Source of the DNA: Rhynchopus sp. YZ270_cl-10
Lineage: Eukaryota
Reading direction: 5' to 3'
Assembly (NCBI GenBank): GCA_964035575.1
Contig: OZ037839.1
Coordinates: 1,116,001 to 1,180,000 of the forward strand
Length of the DNA: 64,000 nt
In this document: positions 40,401 to 49,662 of the stretch, in pieces
Layout of the letters: every line of letters starts with the position of its first letter
Numbering within the stretch: position 1 is the first letter of the stretch
Program-made: the position numbers and the translations under genes
Notes under the pieces: model-generated
What the model was told of the DNA's origin: nothing
The model's input: the letters and a program-made list of their open reading frames with translations, nothing else
The model's database searches: none

Positions 40401-43400
40401 CGCAAGGTGTGGTGCTGTCAGGGTTGTGACGCGCTTTGCCCACAGTTCGATGATAGCGTGGCCATTGCTGCGGGTGAAGGCAAGAAGGCGGCCGGTGAGA
40501 GAGGCTGTGTCCCTGCCGTTGCTTTCGGCGGTGAGGCTGTGGCTATGTCTGTCCTCGCCGTGTGGTGAAGTGTCCCTCACGTCGCGTCCATGTGCAGTCA
40601 AGTTGCGCAATGCGCCTCGTGTGATGCCCGTGCCGTCACCCTCCTCGTCTGTATCCTCATGGCTGCTCCCGCCATCGCAATGTGCAAACGTGCTAGGGTG
40701 TGTCCGCTTCTTTCGGTCGCGCACTCTCGCCAACGCGCTTTTGGTCTGAAATAGAAAGAGGGGTGTGTGTGTGGGGGGACAGTGAACACAAAATAGAAAA
40801 ATGCATGTTTGATTTTTAAACTATTCTCACGGATGGCAGCGACATTTTTTTATTCGTTTATCGCTCTGCAAATTAGTTTTGTTTTTCGCTGCATGAGTTG
40901 TGTGAGTGGTGAAACAAATATTGGATGAAAGACAATTTGCAGGCACGCACCTTCCACCGATCCTACCTCTTCTTGCCAATGCTTGGTATATTATACAGAA
41001 AGAGGAGAGAAAAAAACAGGCCCGAAAGAATGTTGTAAAATGAAGAGAACGGGGGGCAAGAGAAACGTGACATACAAGAAAGGGGTCGACGTCGTCACGA
41101 GTGATGAGGTAGAGAAGACTGTGGAAGCAGGCCACTGCGTACTGGGGCACGAGCTGTAGATGGTTGTGTTGGTATGTTTTATTTTGTTTTTTTTTTTTGT
41201 TTTGTATTGTTACTAACCAGGGTATTAGGGTGAAAATCCAAAATTCCGGAAAAAACTGGTTTTTCTGGTTTTCTCTCCTGGGTGGCGAAAACTAGTCATA
41301 CTGTGCAGGCGAGCCGTTTTTAGGCGAGTTTTTCGTTTTCCTGATTTTCAGGAAAAACTCGCCAAAAACTCGCCCTACTCGCCCATTACTCGCCTATTAC
41401 TCGCCAAAACTCGCCAAAAACTCGCCAAAACTCGCCTAAACTCGCCAAAAACTCGCCTAAACTCGCCTAAACTCGCCCACATTTGGGTGCAAATCCTGGT
41501 GCACATACGCACCTTGGGGGTGAAAATGTGCACCAGGATGTGAAAATGGAGGGCGGGGGTGACTGATGACAACATGCCACTCGAAAACACACAAAAAAAT
41601 TGAAATTGTGTCACTTGTACGTCTAAAGGCAACCATGTCACGGCAGTGGCTGACAGGCATGTATGTAAACATTTGCTCCAGGGGAAGATCCAAGCGTGCC
41701 ATAGATCCCGGGGGACAAGACGTGCTACAATCCGGAGGATGACGAAGACATGAGCCGGGGCTACACTCGCTATACAACAATGTCCTCGCCATGCCGGTAA
41801 ATGGCAACCCTGCAGGCCACCCCTTGGCGGTATTCCACCACGACTACATCGCACCCATCTGTGCAAACTTCATGGATCCGCAGAAGCTACAGCTGGACTG
41901 GTGGTACTGGTTGTGGAAGCCTACAAAGCAAACTGTAGAGGTCTTGTTCAAGTGGAACGAAAAAATTTTTCTCTTCAAAACTCAAATTTCCCTCATATTT
42001 TCGTGTGTACACTTTTCCCAAGGTAAAATCCCTACCAAAAAAAAAACTCGCCAAAACTCGCCCCCCAAAAATGGGCGAGTTTTAGGCGAGTTTTTGGCGA
42101 GTAGGCGAGTTTTTTTTACTCGCCCGCACAGTATGACTAGTGTTTCCGGCGAAAACCTCCACCGTTGACGGACACAGTCACCTTTTTCGGGTTTTTCGGG
42201 GGTGGGGTCAGTGTCTTATCCAGGAATCCAGATTCGAAATATTTTTCGGCGCTGCTGACCCAGGGTAGACATTGGGAACATAGGGACTGTCTTTGTTTGC
42301 GGGGCAAAAAAATAATATAAAATGGCGCCGCAGGCGAAAAATTTTGAGGGTACGGTGTAAAAATGTAGCTTTTTACACCACAGAGCCACTCAAACGAACC
42401 CTTTTTTGCGGAGCAAAAAATGAAAAATGGCGCCGCAGGCAAAAAAAAAAATCAAGGAACAGCCATTTCCCAAAGGCACTCCCGTGGTTCAACCACGGTT
42501 CTACCAGGCGGGGAAAAAATGCGGGGGAAAAAATCGAGTCCGCCCTAATCTGGGGACGACATTTACAGAAAGTCCTGGTGAAAAGTGTCGGTTTTTTTTT
42601 CCCCTCCAGATTTCTCTGTTTTTTTTTTTTTTTTTTTGAAAACCAGTTTTTTAACCACCCTAATACCCTGATTGTTACTCATCGCACACCAAAGAACTTC
42701 ACTTTTGGTTTCTTTTTGAAACATTGATAACACATCACCACAATATCCACACGCCAAAAAAACCCCGCCCTTTTAAACCACAACGGCATTTAACTCGAAA
42801 CTCTCACCTTCCATTCTTCTCTCTTCACGATGTACTCCGACAGCCACCCTCCCCGCTTCACGCCTTCAATGCCTTTCTATGTTGCCCATACCTCAAGCCT
42901 GATGTCCGCCAACATCTCAACTGCAGGGGCGATCTCCTGCGGGAGGGGGTACGCCTTGTGCAGGACGCAGCAGAGGTAGAGACGTTCTTCGTCCTTCATG
43001 ACTGCTTCGGCCTTTGCCTGGGCGGGGGTGAACTGCTGGCATGTGGAACTCAGTGCGGGTGTGTGTGACAGCGTCATATGTCTGGCTGCCGAGCCCAGCC
43101 CTTTGACATCTGTACTTCCCATGGCCGCAGAGCGTTGGGCCTCTGCATCTGCACAGATCTTTGCGCATGCAAAGACAGCGTCTGCCGCATCGCGTGGTCG
43201 ATCCAACCCGACCAAGGCAAGAGCCTTGCGGATGTGTGCACGTACATAGTCCGGACGGTGTTCGATGGCCCGCTGTGCATCCGACAGTGCCAAGGTGCAG
43301 TTCTTCAGGGGCAGGTTCGAGCACGCCCGGTTGGTGTAAAAGATGTGCTTGAGGTGTGTGTCCTTCTCGGAAAAGTCTGCCTCGCGTGCACCGCGCGTGT

Positions 43401-43776
43401 ACGACGCAGCGGAGCGCGCAAAGTTGTTCGCAGAGAAGTGTGCGTTGCCTATCCAGCGCAGGCGTTGGCCTTCTGTGGCGAGCGAGGTTGCGTCCTTGTG
43501 TGCGTATTCGTGCTCCCAGCGGACGAAGTCGAGTGTGCTGCGGCAGGCGCCATGAGCGATGCGTGCTTCGTCCTCCTTCTCCGCTACCACCACGTCGCGC
43601 CACGACGCTACACGCCGCCCGCCTGCAGGCGTCGTCTGCGGCAATGCTGCCAACGTTGCGTCGTCAAGAAACACATCACTGCCAAGTGATTCTGCAGTCT
43701 CATCGAACGTCACCCTCGTGTGGTTCATATTAGCCCGTCTCGGCACAGCAGACTGCTGCATATGAGGATGTGGCAT
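37488..43776 (-). CDS. ~1400-aa protein with TPR repeats, 3-4 Tudor/Agenet-like modules and two WW-like domains; exons 43776-42892, 41153-41076, 40745-37488
   Basis: TPR: GNAHFSANNFARSAASYTRG...YTNRACSNL...ALSDAQRAIEHRPDYVRAHIRKALAL. Tudor-like: FTPGDHAEV...WWPCKV...YTV...LRPP. WW-like: WRRCEARDGSTFYFNRATG. Phase-0 GT/AG junctions (GAG|GTATGG, TACAG|CTC, CTT|GTATGT, TTCAG|ACC) join the ORFs in frame. Confidence 0.75.
41297..42135. mobile_element. Intronic 839-bp TIR element (CATACTGTGCRGGCGAG) flanked by ACTAGT, with AAACTCGCC subterminal repeats; left-end relatives at ~7500 and ~28630
   Basis: 17-bp TIRs with 1 mismatch, ACTAGT on both sides, and dense CTCGCC/GGCGAG repeats. Confidence 0.82.
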
Positions 43777-43814
43777 TGCTGATCATGAACACCTGAAATG
43801 GGATGTGGGATGTG

Positions 43815-44628
43815 GGGTTTTATGATCGTACTCTCAGAGGGCACAAGAAATCAAATCAAAAGCAAATAAAAGGGGAGAAGAGGGAGGAATCTTTTGCAAT
43901 TGGCACCATTAGTGCGAAAAGTATGTGCGGGGAGGAGCTAGAGTGGGGAAAACGGAAAAAGCGAAAAATGAATTTTGAAAACTTGGTTATATTAGTGTAG
44001 ACACCCGAGGATGAACTCCACTATACAAAACGCTGTTAAGTAACCGCTGATGAACACGATGATGATCTCTCCTGTGTGGCAGATGCCTCACTGATGACGT
44101 TTAAGTTGCTCCCCGCCGGTCCATCATCAGATGGGGGCGAAGCAGAAGTGGTGGGAGTGGGAGCGGTTTTTGTCCACTTGTTTCACTTTTGTTGCTCTGG
44201 GGAAGGCGAGCGTTTTCTTTTTGATTGGTGCCCTTTTGGGGCGGTAATACCAGGCTCAGTCACCTGTGGGCGGTTCGTCGGGTACCGAATTTTTGTTTTT
44301 GCAGAATATGGTGGTACTTTGTTTTACCCCAGCCCTCCCCGGATCCTACCCTGCCAAAGCAGGAGGTAAAAAGAAATAGCAGCCCGACGCCCACCTTTTT
44401 TGTTTAGAGTACTCTCAAACCCCACATAACGCACTGCCAGTGCCTTACAGTGCTACTATATGTAGGGTTTATGATCGTACTCTTAGAGGTCAAAAGAAAT
44501 CAAATAAAAGCAAATAAAAGGGGAGAGGAGAAGAGGGAGGAATCTTTTGCAATTGGCACCATTAGTGCGAAAAGTATGTGCGGGGAGGAGCTAGAGTGGG
44601 GAAAACGGAAAAAGCGAAAAATGAATTT
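43815..44628. repeat. ~160-bp direct repeat pair (43815-43976 and 44465-44628) upstream of the TPR gene
   Basis: GGGTTTTATGATCGTACTCT...GGAAAAAGCGAAAAATGAATTTT is duplicated and is pyrimidine-rich on the minus strand. Confidence 0.85.
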
Positions 44629-44721
44629 TTGTTGAAATTTTCTGGCTTTTCTGAACTTTTTCCAGCTACTTTTCTGGTAGAGTAGCCATTTTCACTTTTC
44701 TGGTGTACCAAACCCTCCTGT

Positions 44722-47700
44722 TTATCCTGCCCCAAACCCTCCAAACCCTCCAAACCCTCCAAACCCTCCTGCTTGTGTTGCTCCTGCTTGTCCTGCTGCA
44801 AACCCTCCAAACCCTCCTGCTTGTCCTGCACCAAACCCTCCAAACCCTCCAAACCCTCCTGCTTGTGTTGTTCCTGCTTGTCCAGCACCAAATCCTCCTG
44901 CTTGTGTTGCTCCTGCTTGTCCTGCTCCAAACCCTCCAAACCCTCCAAACCCTCCTGCTTGTGTTGTTCCTGCTTGTCCAGCACCAAATCCTCCTGCTTG
45001 TGTTGCTCCTGCTTGTCCTGCACCAAACCCTCCAAACCCTCCTGCTTGTGTTGTTCCTGCTTGTCCAGCACCAAATCCTCCTGCTTGTGTTGCTCCTGCT
45101 TGTCCTGCTGCAAACCCTCCAAACCCTCCTGCTTGTCCTGCACCAAATCCTCCTGCTTGTGTTGCTCCTGCTTGTCCTGCTCCAAACCCTCCAAACCCTC
45201 CAAATCCTCCTGCTTGTGTCGTTCCTGCTTGTCCAGCACCAAATCCTCCTGCTTGTGTTGCTCCTGCTTGTCCTGCACCAAACCCTCCAAACCCTCCTGC
45301 TTGTGTTGTTCCTGCTTGTCCTGCTGCAAACCCTCCAAACCCTCCTGCTTGTCCTGCACCAAACCCTCCTGCTTGTGTTGTTCCTGCTTGTCCAGCACCA
45401 AATCCTCCTGCTTGTGTTGCTCCTGCTTGTCCTGCTCCAAACCCTCCAAACCCTCCAAATCCTCCTGCTTGTGTCGTTCCTGCTTGTCCAGCACCAAATC
45501 CTCCTGCTTGTGTTGCTCCTGCTTGTCCTGCACCAAACCCTCCAAACCCTCCTGCTTGTGTTGTTCCTGCTTGTCCAGCACCAAATCCTCCTGCTTGTGT
45601 TGCTCCTGCTTGTCCTGCTCCAAACCCTCCAAACCCTCCAAATCCTCCTGCTTGTGTCGTTCCTGCTTGTCCAGCACCAAATCCTCCTGCTTGTGTTGCT
45701 CCTGCTTGTCCTGCACCAAACCCTCCAAATCCTCCTGCTTGTGTTGTTCCTGCTTGTCCAGCACCAAATCCTCCTGCTTGTGTTGCTCCTGCTTGTCCTG
45801 CACCAAACCCTCCAAACCCTCCTGCTTGTGTTGTTCCTGCTTGTCCAGCACCAAATCCTCCTGCTTGTGTTGCTCCTGCTTGTCCTGCTCCAAACCCTCC
45901 AAACCCTCCAAATCCTCCTGCTTGTGTCGTTCCTGCTTGTCCAGCACCAAATCCTCCTGCTTGTGTTGCTCCTGCTTGTCCTGCACCAAACCCTCCAAAC
46001 CCTCCTGCTTGTGTTGTTCCTGCTTGTCCAGCACCAAATCCTCCTGCTTGTGTTGCTCCTGCTTGTCCTGCACCAAACCCTCCAAACCCTCCTGCTTGTG
46101 TTGTTCCTGCTTGTCCAGCACCAAATCCTCCTGCTTGTGTTGCTCCTGCTTGTCCTGCTCCAAACCCTCCAAACCCTCCAAATCCTCCAAATCCTCCAAA
46201 TCCTCCTGCTTGTGTTGCTCCTGCTTGTCCTGCTCCAAACCCTCCAAACCCTCCAAACCCTCCAAATCCTCCAAATCCTCCAAATCCTCCAAATCCTCCA
46301 AATCGTCCTCTTGTGCTTGCATCAAACCCTTCTCTCTCTTGTCCTGCTTTCAATGCAATACATTGTCTTGCACTTCCAGACACGTCTGTTCGTACTGCCT
46401 CAAAAGCTTCTATCCGCACATCTTCGAACTGTTCCGTAAACCTTGCGTAAATCTCACGCACACGTACATAGAAGGCCTCCTTGTAGGTGCTCATTCTAGG
46501 GTCTCCATTCGGGAGAGACAACATCTCGTCAATGTCGATGTTGCCTGGCAATACGACTGTTGTGAGTGCGTTGCAGTTGAGCAGGAAGTTGCGCCGCTGG
46601 ATCTCTGTGTCCCTGCCAAAACCCGACATGTCCAGCGTGGTCAAGGATGTGCAGTCTTGCAGGAAACGTTCATCAATCTGCGTAACATTGCTCATTCCTG
46701 AGAAGTCTGCTGTTGTCAACGCGGAGCACTCATCCATCCAGTGTTGCTCAATGTGTGTGATGCTGGACAACACTGATAAATCAACTGTTTTCAATGATGT
46801 GCACTTCATAAGAAATTTGTGCCCGATGTCTGCGACATTGCCAAAAGCTGAGAGGTCGATACTCTCCAGCGAGGTGCAGCTCGTAAGAAATTCGGCGCCC
46901 ACCTTTACAACTCCGTGCAGTGCTGTCAAGTCAATCGTTTCCAACGAGGTGCAGGACGAACAAAACGCGTTCCCAATTTCCGTCACATTGGTCATCCCTG
47001 AAAAGTTGATGGTGGTCAACGACTTGCAGTAGTAGAGAAACTTGGAGCCGATCTTCGTGACACTGCAAAGAGCTGACACATCAATGGTTGCCAACGAAGT
47101 GCAGTTCCGGAGGAAGCCGTCCTCAATGTGCGTGATTCTGCTCCATCCTGAGATGTCAATCCTTTTCAACGATTTGCAGTCGCAAACAAAAGCTGCACCA
47201 ACCTTCGTCACACTCGTCATATGGGATAAGTCAAGCTTTGTGACGCCACTTCCTGCGAGGAACCTGTTCCCTATCACCGTCACACCAGTGAACCCTGACA
47301 CGTCAAGGCTTGTCAACGATGGGCATCGAGAGAGAAACTCATCCTCAATGTGCGTAACGTTGCACAATCCCGACAAGTCAACAGTTTCCACCGACCAACA
47401 CCCTTGGAGGAAGCCTTGCTTAATTCGTGTCACACCAGACACAGCAGAGAGATCAAGTCTCGTAAACGATGCTCCCCACAAGAAGTAGTCCGGAATAACA
47501 GTCGCAACCTCCGCCTGAAGAAGCAGAGAAGCCACCTCAGGATCCTTCACAGTCACCAACCTCGCTTCGGAAATGTGTGTCTCACCCAAGGCACGAAGTT
47601 TCTTAACAGATTGGTACTTGGTAGTTTTCGTCAACACGACTGTGTCTCCAGCACTCAGTTCTGTGATGTCCTCTCCTTCCTCCTTCCCTCCGAAGCCCAT

Positions 47701-47826
47701 GCGGAAGCTGTCTTCGCACAACCCTGTTGCAGACGCCACCTTCTGCCGCATCGTCTCCGTTGTGTCGTTCTCACCCACCTCAATCACGAATTTGTTTTCA
47801 TCATATCCCTGCACACACAGTTCCAT
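44722..47826 (-). CDS. Ubiquitin-like + BspA-like LRR protein with ~520-aa C-terminal GGFG/AGQAG/TQA repeat domain (1034 aa from ATG 47826)
   Basis: Uninterrupted ORF. The N-terminus is paralogous to the gene at 12886, followed by ~14 LRRs (e.g. CTSLESIDLSAFGNVADIGHKFL). The repeat tail spans ~46305-44722. Confidence 0.88.
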   Translation of the reverse strand: MELCVQGYDENKFVIEVGENDTTETMRQKVASATGLCEDSFRMGFGGKEEGEDITELSAGDTVVLTKTTKYQSVKKLRALGETHISEARLVTVKDPEVASLLLQAEVATVIPDYFLWGASFTRLDLSAVSGVTRIKQGFLQGCWSVETVDLSGLCNVTHIEDEFLSRCPSLTSLDVSGFTGVTVIGNRFLAGSGVTKLDLSHMTSVTKVGAAFVCDCKSLKRIDISGWSRITHIEDGFLRNCTSLATIDVSALCSVTKIGSKFLYYCKSLTTINFSGMTNVTEIGNAFCSSCTSLETIDLTALHGVVKVGAEFLTSCTSLESIDLSAFGNVADIGHKFLMKCTSLKTVDLSVLSSITHIEQHWMDECSALTTADFSGMSNVTQIDERFLQDCTSLTTLDMSGFGRDTEIQRRNFLLNCNALTTVVLPGNIDIDEMLSLPNGDPRMSTYKEAFYVRVREIYARFTEQFEDVRIEAFEAVRTDVSGSARQCIALKAGQEREGFDASTRGRFGGFGGFGGFGGFGGFGGFGGFGAGQAGATQAGGFGGFGGFGGFGGFGAGQAGATQAGGFGAGQAGTTQAGGFGGFGAGQAGATQAGGFGAGQAGTTQAGGFGGFGAGQAGATQAGGFGAGQAGTTQAGGFGGFGGFGAGQAGATQAGGFGAGQAGTTQAGGFGGFGAGQAGATQAGGFGAGQAGTTQAGGFGGFGAGQAGATQAGGFGAGQAGTTQAGGFGGFGGFGAGQAGATQAGGFGAGQAGTTQAGGFGGFGAGQAGATQAGGFGAGQAGTTQAGGFGGFGGFGAGQAGATQAGGFGAGQAGTTQAGGFGAGQAGGFGGFAAGQAGTTQAGGFGGFGAGQAGATQAGGFGAGQAGTTQAGGFGGFGGFGAGQAGATQAGGFGAGQAGGFGGFAAGQAGATQAGGFGAGQAGTTQAGGFGGFGAGQAGATQAGGFGAGQAGTTQAGGFGGFGGFGAGQAGATQAGGFGAGQAGTTQAGGFGGFGGFGAGQAGGFGGFAAGQAGATQAGGFGGFGGFGGFGAG

Positions 47827-48199
47827 TGTTTCGAGTGAAGTGTTGCTCTGTTGTGGGGTGAGTGTTGAGAAGGAGGAGGGAGGCAAGATACAACAAAATA
47901 GCTTTCTTGTTTCTTTGTTTCTTCACTTCTCCAGGTACTCTCCTCATATAAACAAGAACTGACAGGTACATGACATGTCTGTATGGAAACAACAGGGGAG
48001 GCGCCGTAGAAGGACGCGAGCCTTGGGGTCAAAGGAGACAAGAGTGTGTCCGCATCTTTTGAGGAACATAAAAGCGAAATAAAAACTGGTCAGATTTAAA
48101 AAAGAAACTTGAACAAGAGCACAACGTCTCTACGGACGTAACGCACACAACACACAATGGGACACATTCTGAATGCTAGGGATAACCCACACTTGATAT

Positions 48200-48235
<36 letters not shown>

Positions 48236-48275
48236 ACCTTGAGGTACCCCTTCTCCCCCCTCCCACCAACTTCTT

Positions 48276-49418
48276 TCAATCGGACTGATACCCGCCTAGC
48301 AGGCCTAAGCCCTGTTCTCCACTGCCGCTGTCGCTGTCGCTGTCGGAATTGTCTGCTTTGAGCATGTTGAGGGTCGCGCTGAGGCTGTTTTTGGGGGTAA
48401 CTGTACTGTCATTCTTTTTAGTGTTGCTGACAATCTGCGCGAAGCCCTCTGTTGTGTCGATACGTGCCCGCTTTGTGACCTGCGACTGCAAGGCCTCCTC
48501 CTGCTCCTCCCGTGCACGCTTCTTCTCTGCCTGCACCTTCGCCGCCGCTTCCTCCTCCGCTTGCAGCTTCGCCTGCTTCTCCTTCTCCCTTTCCTCCCTC
48601 GCACGCATAATCGCTGCCTTCATCCCATCCCCTGCCCCAGCCGCTATCTCCACCTCCCCCTGCATCTTCTCCTTATCAACAGCATAGTACGTTGCCAACT
48701 CCTTGTACGAGCCAAAGCCTTTAAACCTTCCCTTTCTGTCTATCAACTCGGAGTCCCCTTCGAGCTCTTTCCGAGACACTCCTTCGGGTTCAGGTTCGTG
48801 CTCATTGTCGATCCAGGACTGAAGATCGCCTGGGGAAACGTATTTTCCAACGTGGGTGGAGGCGTAGGTGGCAGTCGTGGGGATGTCCCAGTTGTTTTTT
48901 CTCATTTCGGAGAGGACGTGGCGTTTGGCTTCGCCGAGGATGAGGCCGTATGCAAAGATCTGTTCTGCCTCGTGTTCGTCTTGGTAGATCTGCGCACGTT
49001 GCAGCTGTGCCTGCAGGTGCACATCGTATTCGATCTTACGGTAGTCGTCATCTGCTACCTTGCGTCGCTCCTGCAATGCTTCGTAGGAGAACTTCCTCTT
49101 GACTGTGGAGCTTCCCCTTGCCAGATCATACTGCCGTCTCAGCTGTGGATCCGTGAGCGTCCGTTTGGCTAGGGCTAAGTTTTCGAAGGCCTGCTTGAAT
49201 GCCTCCAGAAACGGTGAGTGGGGGTGTTTGTCAGGGTGCAGGCGCAGGGCTTTGGCCTTGTAGTGTGCCGATATGGTATCACCAGTGGCATCGTCAGGCA
49301 CACCAAGCAGGTTGTAGAAGTTGCGGTTGTCCCGCAAGGCGTGCAGATCCGCCTCTGTTAGGTCAGCAATGTCGTCAAGGACAACGGTGCATTTCTTTTC
49401 GTCTTCGAAGACTGACAT
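48276..49418 (-). CDS. J-domain (DnaJ/Hsp40-type) protein, 380 aa
   Basis: NFYNLLGV...YKAKALRLHPDKH...LTDPQLRRQYD, with the HPD motif and a C-terminal coiled coil. Confidence 0.92.
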   Translation of the reverse strand: MSVFEDEKKCTVVLDDIADLTEADLHALRDNRNFYNLLGVPDDATGDTISAHYKAKALRLHPDKHPHSPFLEAFKQAFENLALAKRTLTDPQLRRQYDLARGSSTVKRKFSYEALQERRKVADDDYRKIEYDVHLQAQLQRAQIYQDEHEAEQIFAYGLILGEAKRHVLSEMRKNNWDIPTTATYASTHVGKYVSPGDLQSWIDNEHEPEPEGVSRKELEGDSELIDRKGRFKGFGSYKELATYYAVDKEKMQGEVEIAAGAGDGMKAAIMRAREEREKEKQAKLQAEEEAAAKVQAEKKRAREEQEEALQSQVTKRARIDTTEGFAQIVSNTKKNDSTVTPKNSLSATLNMLKADNSDSDSDSGSGEQGLGLLGGYQSD

Positions 49419-49662
49419 GGTTTCTTTTTTGTGTCTGGGTTTAGATAAATTGGGGGAGAGAGAGAGGTGGGGTGATGTGGTACAGAAGAGTCAAAGGGGT
49501 AAGGACCCTTTTCTGTTGTGGGGGAGCAAAAAGCTTACTATAGAATAGATGTCTCTCAGTGGACAACAAACGCATCGAAGGCACAGCCAGAGAGAAGAAG
49601 CTGGTGGTGTCGTGTTGCTGTGTGGGAGTGTGTGTGTCGGAGAGGGTAGGGGACGCTAGCTA

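Noticed and set aside
41563..41615. CTGATGA...GAAA hammerhead-like core (also at 7631, 28761, and near 60722 and 60833)
   Set aside because: Stems I and II do not pair, or the core is incomplete.
44562..46701. Overlapping 587-, 578- and 642-aa ORFs in other frames of the GGFG repeat
   Set aside because: These are shadow ORFs; the synonymous-variation pattern and continuity with the LRR ORF favour the GGFG frame.
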